A stretch of 64,000 nucleotides of DNA from a phage. The notes under the pieces were generated by a model, which worked only from the letters and a program-made list of their open reading frames with translations, was not told the origin of the DNA and did not search any database. Location: the sequence record PX994957.1; one strand, written 5' to 3'. The first letter of the stretch is position 1; each line of letters opens with the position of its first letter. Made by a program: the position numbers and the translations under genes. Positions 58,269-64,000 of this stretch are shown piece by piece.

Positions 58269-59728
58269 AAACCAGTTACCTCATGAAAATCGCCAAATAC
58301 ATCTTCGAACGTATTAGCTTTAGTTTTATCTTCACGTAAACGAATTGCAGTTGGAAGAAATAGCTTAACGTAATCAGTACGTCCATCTAATTTTACCCAG
58401 CCGTTGCATTCGCACTCTAGAATTTTTCCAATATAATAATTTTGGTTTTCCATAATGCGAGTACGGTCAAGTTCATGTGATTTTACGCCGGCTTTATCTT
58501 TTAAGCCTGAACCAGCATTTACTTTAATTTTTCCACACTCTGATTCAAGAATGAAACCACCTGCTTTAGTAGGGTCTTTACGGTGAGGATAAATTCCTAC
58601 AATTTTTAAATCAACATCAATTACTTCTTTAAATTTATAAAGATTTTTTGAACGAGCATTTTCCCATAATCCATCGATATTTTTGAGAATAATACCTTCA
58701 AGACCTTGGTCAATATACTTTTTATAAATTACCTTAGCTTCATCTAGGTTATTTACTATCTGGTTTTCAATTAAAATTACTTTATCATAGCCTGATGTCA
58801 TTTGTTTTAGTTTAGAAAAACGTACATCATATTTTAAACGAAATGCTGGAAGACCATATATTTCTACTAATGGAACATAGTCCCAGACCTGAAACTTCAT
58901 GCATTGTGCTTCTTTTTCAGAAATGGTTCCCTTTAAAGATTTATTAGCGATTCCATTAGAAGTAGTACGTGATTCAGCTACTTCGGCGAATTCTTTAGCT
59001 TTACTAATTTCAGGATAAGCATCAAAAAGAAAATCTAGGCCTTCTGGTTCCTTTTCAACTTGCTCATGGTATACCAATTCGCCATCAATTAACACACCTT
59101 CTGGATGAATCTGGCGAGCTTCTGCAGTCATTTTGATTAACTCTTCCTTGAGAAGATCTAATCCTAGATATTCATTACCAGCTCGTGATAAAAGACGAAC
59201 ATCATCTAATTCATCACCTCTGACTTCAGCAAAGCACCGAGCTCCATCAGCTTTTAACTGGGCAAAAGCTGGAAATTTGATATTCTTATTAATGCCTTTT
59301 TCATCATAAGAACTTGCCAGCATTTGAGGTTGTTCAGGAATTAAACCTGGCCAAACTTTGTTTGCAATAGATACTGATGCACCACATTCAAGGTCTCGCA
59401 TCATCACCCGACGCAAAACTTCAACATCATCTTTTTTACCGTCAGCAATATATCCAGTTAATTCCTCAATTGCCGCATTTCCGGTCAATTTCCGAGTAGC
59501 TAACGTGAATTCAATGAAGTCAAGCATATCGGTAAGAGTCAACATTCCAAAACTCTGGGTAGCAATATCAGGTTTAGGCCATTTCTTGATATAATACTGT
59601 AACCCACGGGAATAAGTCAGACGATATACTCGTTTAAGCAATTCATTATCTTTATTCTTTTCAAGAATTGCTTGCTTCTGCTTAGTTGAACCAATAGATG
59701 CTATTTCGTTCAGAATTTTAAGAATCAT
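58265..59728 (-). CDS. 30: gp30 ATP-dependent DNA ligase
   Basis: 487 aa; adenylation motif KADGAR; recognised as T4 DNA ligase. Confidence 0.95.
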   Translation of the reverse strand: MILKILNEIASIGSTKQKQAILEKNKDNELLKRVYRLTYSRGLQYYIKKWPKPDIATQSFGMLTLTDMLDFIEFTLATRKLTGNAAIEELTGYIADGKKDDVEVLRRVMMRDLECGASVSIANKVWPGLIPEQPQMLASSYDEKGINKNIKFPAFAQLKADGARCFAEVRGDELDDVRLLSRAGNEYLGLDLLKEELIKMTAEARQIHPEGVLIDGELVYHEQVEKEPEGLDFLFDAYPEISKAKEFAEVAESRTTSNGIANKSLKGTISEKEAQCMKFQVWDYVPLVEIYGLPAFRLKYDVRFSKLKQMTSGYDKVILIENQIVNNLDEAKVIYKKYIDQGLEGIILKNIDGLWENARSKNLYKFKEVIDVDLKIVGIYPHRKDPTKAGGFILESECGKIKVNAGSGLKDKAGVKSHELDRTRIMENQNYYIGKILECECNGWVKLDGRTDYVKLFLPTAIRLREDKTKANTFEDVFGDFHEVTGL

Positions 59729-59994
59729 TGTTCATCCTTTAGAGTTTGGTTTACAGCTCTATTATAAATCAATTCATCATTAAGCTCAGTCAAAGACCTG
59801 TGATACGTGGTTCTAACTTTATTTCCTTGCATCCAGTGCTTGACGTAAATGAAACCTTGCTCTACACATTTTTTAAAAATTCGTTCGTCTTTTTGAGCTC
59901 GGAATTCTGGATTGCATCTAAAAAATTGATTTACGTGACCGTAATCACGTGTAGTATTACCTTCATTTTCATAAATAGTGTGAACGACAAACAT
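59725..59994 (-). CDS. hypothetical protein (30.1-like)
   Basis: 89 aa, synteny. Confidence 0.55.
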   Translation of the reverse strand: MFVVHTIYENEGNTTRDYGHVNQFFRCNPEFRAQKDERIFKKCVEQGFIYVKHWMQGNKVRTTYHRSLTELNDELIYNRAVNQTLKDEQ

Positions 59995-60830
59995 TAGAAT
60001 GCTCCTTGGAAAATATTATCACCGCTAGTAGGTCTATTATACAAATACTCTATGCCACCAGGTTTAATATAGTTCCATGTCTGAAACGGATGCGTCTGAT
60101 ATGGATGATATAGATTATAAGGATTAAATCCAGGAGTTCTCCAGGTAGTGTTCCAAGGAAAAGAATCGTTTTTAATCATCTTTTCAATTACATCTTTTAC
60201 AGCTTTTTCACTATCAAAACTTTCTTTATTTTCCTTCGATGGAAAAAGCTTATTCTCTACATCATTCCATGTATAAACTCGCTGTGCAGTTTTTGGAATA
60301 CTGTCACGCTCCCCTCGAGCCATCCAATAAACAGGAACATTTAATATTTCACTTGCATGATCGCAGTGGTGAGCGAGATCGTCAATATAACAAATTACGT
60401 TATATTTCTCTTTTGCCTTTTTGAACAACTCTTCTTTTGAAGAATCATGACCACACATCAATACTTCTGAGAAGGCACCAGGAAAAAGAGCATTCAAATT
60501 AAATTGACGATTCAGCAGAGCGTCAATAGAATCACCCAATGCTGTAACAGCTACAAAATTATAATCTTCTTTTAATTTGTTAATTACACATAGAGCATCT
60601 TTATATGGAGACAAATAACGAATAAAATCTGAACGATTATACTTTTCGATTAATTTAACACCAAGTTCTTCATCGCAATTAAAGAGCTTACCAGGAGAAA
60701 TAAATTTTTCGTCCTGAATCATTTTTAAAATATGTTCCAACGGAAGATTATATTTTTGGGCAAAATAAGGAAGGCCCGATTGCCAGCTTAAACACACCCC
60801 GTCAATATCAGTCAAAATAGTAGGCTTCAT
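59994..60830 (-). CDS. HAD-superfamily phosphatase-like protein (30.2-like)
   Basis: 278 aa; N-terminal HAD motif I ILTDIDGV. Confidence 0.6.
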   Translation of the reverse strand: MKPTILTDIDGVCLSWQSGLPYFAQKYNLPLEHILKMIQDEKFISPGKLFNCDEELGVKLIEKYNRSDFIRYLSPYKDALCVINKLKEDYNFVAVTALGDSIDALLNRQFNLNALFPGAFSEVLMCGHDSSKEELFKKAKEKYNVICYIDDLAHHCDHASEILNVPVYWMARGERDSIPKTAQRVYTWNDVENKLFPSKENKESFDSEKAVKDVIEKMIKNDSFPWNTTWRTPGFNPYNLYHPYQTHPFQTWNYIKPGGIEYLYNRPTSGDNIFQGAF

Positions 60831-61291
60831 AGAGAGTCTCTTAATAGGTTTAACACATCAATAAATTCAGCTTCGGTTAGTATTGTATCATCTTTTGTTA
60901 GACCACTAGCCATGCTATGCTTCAAAACTTTTCCTTTCGAGGCTAGTAATGCATCACGAAAGCCCTTGTTTTGAATCGCTGCTTCAAAATATGCATTTGT
61001 GTACAACTCTTTCCACGCTGGTGAGTATCTTGAAAACGGAACTCCAAGCCAGAAGAGGGTCCCACGGTCCTGAGCTCTAGCATAAGACCTTCCAGCTTGT
61101 TGGGCGGCAAGCCCGGATAACCCAAATACACGACGTTGCTGTTCAACATTTTTCACCTTACATCCTTGGAGAAATCCTTCAAGACCTCCAAATTGGATAC
61201 CATTCATAACAAAAGGCCATTGGGCGAAATTACTTAATGCACACGATGGCCATCTAAAATTGCTTCTAATCTCTAACTCAGGCATTTTCAA
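60827..61291 (-). CDS. NADAR (YbiA/DUF1768)-like domain protein (30.3-like)
   Basis: 154 aa; LSNFAQWPF...G...E.F.Q..K and GLSGLAAQQAGR resemble E. coli YbiA motifs. Confidence 0.6.
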   Translation of the reverse strand: MKMPELEIRSNFRWPSCALSNFAQWPFVMNGIQFGGLEGFLQGCKVKNVEQQRRVFGLSGLAAQQAGRSYARAQDRGTLFWLGVPFSRYSPAWKELYTNAYFEAAIQNKGFRDALLASKGKVLKHSMASGLTKDDTILTEAEFIDVLNLLRDSL

Positions 61292-61484
61292 TACTTATAA
61301 TTTCAACATCAGCCCAATGACCATAGCAAGGAAGACGAAATTCAACTGGCCAGTTAGGGTCCTTTTCTAATATAATAGACTTAACTTGTGGTTCTTCATG
61401 TTCATCAGTATATGGATTTTTATCTGTTACTTTATATGTGACCTTAATGTACTGAATTCCAAAAATCTTATTAATTATATTCAT
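61278..61484 (-). CDS. hypothetical protein
   Basis: 68 aa ORF in 30.x cluster. Confidence 0.45.
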   Translation of the reverse strand: MNIINKIFGIQYIKVTYKVTDKNPYTDEHEEPQVKSIILEKDPNWPVEFRLPCYGHWADVEIISIENA

Positions 61485-61678
61485 ACTAATTCCTTTAATC
61501 CGTAAATAGGAGATAATTCATCACCCATACGAAGGTCTTCATTTCCATCTACCCAGGAAACAATATAAGCCTCTTTTATTTGAACACCACTCCATTTAAA
61601 TGGAGGTAGAACCTTAGAAATTAATCCAGGTATACCAACTCCCTTTAATTCAACAGTTTGACCTAAAAAGAATTTCAT
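61481..61678 (-). CDS. hypothetical protein
   Basis: 65 aa ORF in 30.x cluster. Confidence 0.45.
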   Translation of the reverse strand: MKFFLGQTVELKGVGIPGLISKVLPPFKWSGVQIKEAYIVSWVDGNEDLRMGDELSPIYGLKELV

Positions 61679-61965
61679 CAGAACCTCATCTGAAAGCCGT
61701 GTGATTTAACATTACCGCCGCCAATATCAGAAATATTAATTTCACGCGCAATTGAAGGGTCAATGTCAATTTCACGATTAAGTTTAGCGATAGCTAAAGT
61801 ATCACGCCCATTTACTGTACGGAATTCTAAAGGACAAACCACATCAACATAATTTTTAATCGATTCACTGGTAGGTTGCAAATGAGCAGGAAGGTCTTTA
61901 GGCGCCTTAGAGAAAACAACTTCACAGAAATTTTTGCGGGTATCAAAATAAGTAGTCATAAACAT
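61678..61965 (-). CDS. hypothetical protein
   Basis: 95 aa ORF in 30.x cluster. Confidence 0.5.
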   Translation of the reverse strand: MFMTTYFDTRKNFCEVVFSKAPKDLPAHLQPTSESIKNYVDVVCPLEFRTVNGRDTLAIAKLNREIDIDPSIAREINISDIGGGNVKSHGFQMRF

Positions 61966-62005
61966 AGTATTTTCCTCAGTAAGGGGCCGAAGCCCCTATT
62001 TTATT

Positions 62006-62371
62006 TTAAATATCAAATTCGTTAAGAACTACATCAAAGATTGCTTCAAGATGCTCAGGTTTAGCTCTGTTACTCAAAATATGACGAATCCAAGTTTTAA
62101 CCAGAAGCTTACGATTAGCGCCATTCCAGCAAGGATGGGTCCCTAAATCGCGTTGACGAAAATCATCATCCAGAGCGATTTTGAAGTTTGAACCTTCCAT
62201 TGTGATTGAAACCGTGATGCCATTTTCAAATCGCATATAAACGTAGTTAGGAGTCATATACTGTTCAATTTCGCATACTGATCCATTTTGATGTTTCCAA
62301 AGGCAAATAGTATCAATAGAACCTGCAATACCATTAGAAACATATTTACGTTCAAAGTTGATGTAGTTCAT
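62006..62371 (-). CDS. hypothetical protein
   Basis: 121 aa ORF. Confidence 0.5.
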   Translation of the reverse strand: MNYINFERKYVSNGIAGSIDTICLWKHQNGSVCEIEQYMTPNYVYMRFENGITVSITMEGSNFKIALDDDFRQRDLGTHPCWNGANRKLLVKTWIRHILSNRAKPEHLEAIFDVVLNEFDI

Positions 62372-62439
62372 TTTTGTTCTCCGAGATGTTTAATTGCGGT
62401 ACAGGTATATAATATCATATCCTGTACCAAAGTAAACAA

Positions 62440-62772
62440 TTATTTTACTACTTTCCAGTGCTTCATGTCAAGTTTACCGACTTTTTTCATCTTCTCAATT
62501 AAGCGTTCGGCACGTTGGCGAGCTGTAACATAATACCATTCACCTAATTCATTTTGTTCAATTTTTCCAACGATTACTGTATTCAATTCATAAATCCAAC
62601 CAGTAAAGAAATTATGAACTTGAATTGTAAAGGTGAAATCTGTTCCCATACCTTCTGTTGTTTCTACTTCAATAATATCACCTTCAATTGCCATTAAGAA
62701 CCACATAGTTTCATCATATTTACCATTGAAGCATTTAGTCTTAACTGCAGCGTTCAGATTAATCGTTTTCAT
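62440..62772 (-). CDS. hypothetical protein
   Basis: 110 aa ORF with GGAG SD and early promoter module upstream. Confidence 0.5.
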   Translation of the reverse strand: MKTINLNAAVKTKCFNGKYDETMWFLMAIEGDIIEVETTEGMGTDFTFTIQVHNFFTGWIYELNTVIVGKIEQNELGEWYYVTARQRAERLIEKMKKVGKLDMKHWKVVK

Positions 62773-62799
62773 TTTATTCTCCTTTGTTTGTGTAAGATA

Positions 62800-62829
62800 A
62801 TACTATCACAAAGGAACCATACTGTAAAC
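62800..62829 (-). promoter_or_regulatory. T4-type early promoter with stem-loop
   Basis: minus GTTTAC (62824-62829) N18 TAGTAT (62800-62805); 8-bp inverted repeat tcctttgt/acaaagga. Confidence 0.55.
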
Positions 62830-62852
62830 AACTTTATGCAATCTTTGGAAAA

Positions 62853-62878
62853 TAAAAAAGGACTCCCGAAGGAGTCCT
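62853..62878 (-). terminator. rho-independent terminator
   Basis: hairpin aggactcc-cgaa-ggagtcct; A6 on plus = U6 after hairpin on minus. Confidence 0.7.
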
Positions 62879-62882
62879 TAAC

Positions 62883-63101
62883 TTATGCTTTCTGCTTACC
62901 AAAACGAGAAGCATCATCTCGAAGAACCGCACGTGCTCGGCGCATGATCTTCTCAACAGTTTGATTGATACGAGAGTTCGACCCACGCTTGTAGCCAGCG
63001 CGTTTAGAATCACCAACTTTCTTTTCAACTGCTTTCTTTGCTTTAGCTTGTTTTGCCATTATAAATTCTCTTTTAAATGAAAATGCAGGACTTATTGGCA
63101 T
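62883..63101 (-). CDS. small highly basic protein (30.9-like); alternative start at 63059
   Basis: 72 aa ORF; Lys/Arg-rich MAKQAKAKKAVEKK...; either Met could be the start. Confidence 0.45.
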   Translation of the reverse strand: MPISPAFSFKREFIMAKQAKAKKAVEKKVGDSKRAGYKRGSNSRINQTVEKIMRRARAVLRDDASRFGKQKA

Positions 63102-63302
63102 TGCCTGCGCAAGCCCTCAAGGGGAACATAGGTTTTGGATATTTAACGACAGGATAACCATAAACCCGTCATCATTCACATTCAAGAGGTACACCATAAA
63201 ACTGCCGGGGTCTTAAAACTATAATGATTCGCAAATCATTAATCAGACAGTTCGATGGCTCCTCGATTTTAGCTCACACTAAGGCAGTGAATCTCCAATA
63301 AA

Positions 63303-63551
63303 TTACTTCAGTGTTACCACAAAGTGACGAACTGCTTTTCGTGCAGCAGAAGCCAGAGGCTTAGCATACTTAAGTTCATCTTTTTCCTGAAGCTCAGCAG
63401 CTAATGCAGTTTGAGCAGGATTCAGATGTTTGAAATAACGCAGGATTTCAAGAGCTTCGGCTTCAACATCAATAGATGCGCCATAGTTTTCGTGACCATT
63501 ATTCCATGCGTTTCGTTGCAGTTCAAGAGCGTGTTGTAATTGTTTAATCAT
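63303..63551 (-). CDS. rIII: rIII lysis-inhibition accessory protein
   Basis: 82 aa, same length as T4 rIII; position upstream of the 30.x cluster. Confidence 0.8.
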   Translation of the reverse strand: MIKQLQHALELQRNAWNNGHENYGASIDVEAEALEILRYFKHLNPAQTALAAELQEKDELKYAKPLASAARKAVRHFVVTLK

Positions 63552-63898
63552 TTAAAAATTCTCGTTAGAGATTAAAACTCGGTAGTCACGTTCTTCTGAA
63601 TTTCATCTTCTTTCGACAGATCTCTCAGTTGTAGACTACCACATAGAATTGTTCGGTTAACTTATTATTCCGACACCCAATTCATATTATTATTTATATC
63701 ACTTATAAAGACACGGAATAGCTTTATAGTGACAAGTAACGAATTTTTGTTTAATTTCTTTTGGCTGCTTAAGACCAAGAGCTACAAAAGGATGCGGAAC
63801 ATTTCGAATTTGACCAACTGGAAGAGAAGTCAAATCACCAACAGTTTAGTTTTCAAAATTTCACGAATTGCTACTTTTTGTTCAGTCGTCAGTTTCAT

Positions 63899-64000
63899 TT
63901 ATTTACCTATCACAGTTTTAATATGAGTTGTTCCACGTTCTTTAAGAGTGGAAAGCAATTTTTGGCATTTTTCTAAATCAGATTTCCAACTATATGGTCT
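63899..64000 (-). CDS. hypothetical protein, C-terminal part only (gene starts beyond window end)
   Basis: minus-strand frame open from window edge to TAA at 63899-63901 (...ERGTTHIKTVIGK*). Confidence 0.3.
   Translation of the reverse strand, partial: RPYSWKSDLEKCQKLLSTLKERGTTHIKTVIGK

Noticed and set aside
63729-63926. Plus-strand ORF 63729..63926 (65 aa)
   Set aside because: Antisense to the minus-strand coding frames upstream of rIII, no SD, and all neighbouring genes are minus-strand.

Overview
This window is a contiguous segment of a T4-like (Tevenvirinae/Tequatrovirus-type) myovirus genome, in the same orientation and gene order as the reference T4 map. Identification rests on reading the translated ORFs against remembered T4 proteins; no database search was run. 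From left to right it contains: a block of small minus-strand early genes of unknown function; a tRNA cluster of 10 tRNAs interrupted by a GIY-YIG homing endonuclease; a variable cassette next to 57B; genes 57B-57A-1-3-2-4; the long plus-strand late structural block 53 through 24 (baseplate, tail fibre/neck, terminase, sheath, tube, portal, prohead core, major capsid); rnlB-hoc-inh; uvsW and uvsY; baseplate hub genes 25-26-51-27-28-29-48-54; two tandem Alt-like ADP-ribosyltransferase genes; DNA ligase (30) with a 30.x-like early cluster; and rIII. Late promoters (TATAAATA) precede most plus-strand structural genes, and a recurring early-promoter module (GTTTAC-N18-TAnnAT, usually with an overlapping stem-loop) precedes many small minus-strand genes. 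I did not find one clearly novel system; the most promising places are the accessory loci: the cassette beside 57B and a second locus at 2.3-2.8 kb, each with a capsid-targeting-sequence-like ORF; the tandem Alt pair with adjacent NADAR-like and HAD-like genes; and the remodelled tRNA cluster. Start codons were corrected where the ORF track used alternative or upstream starts (genes 1, 3, 11, 20, 28, uvsW.1).
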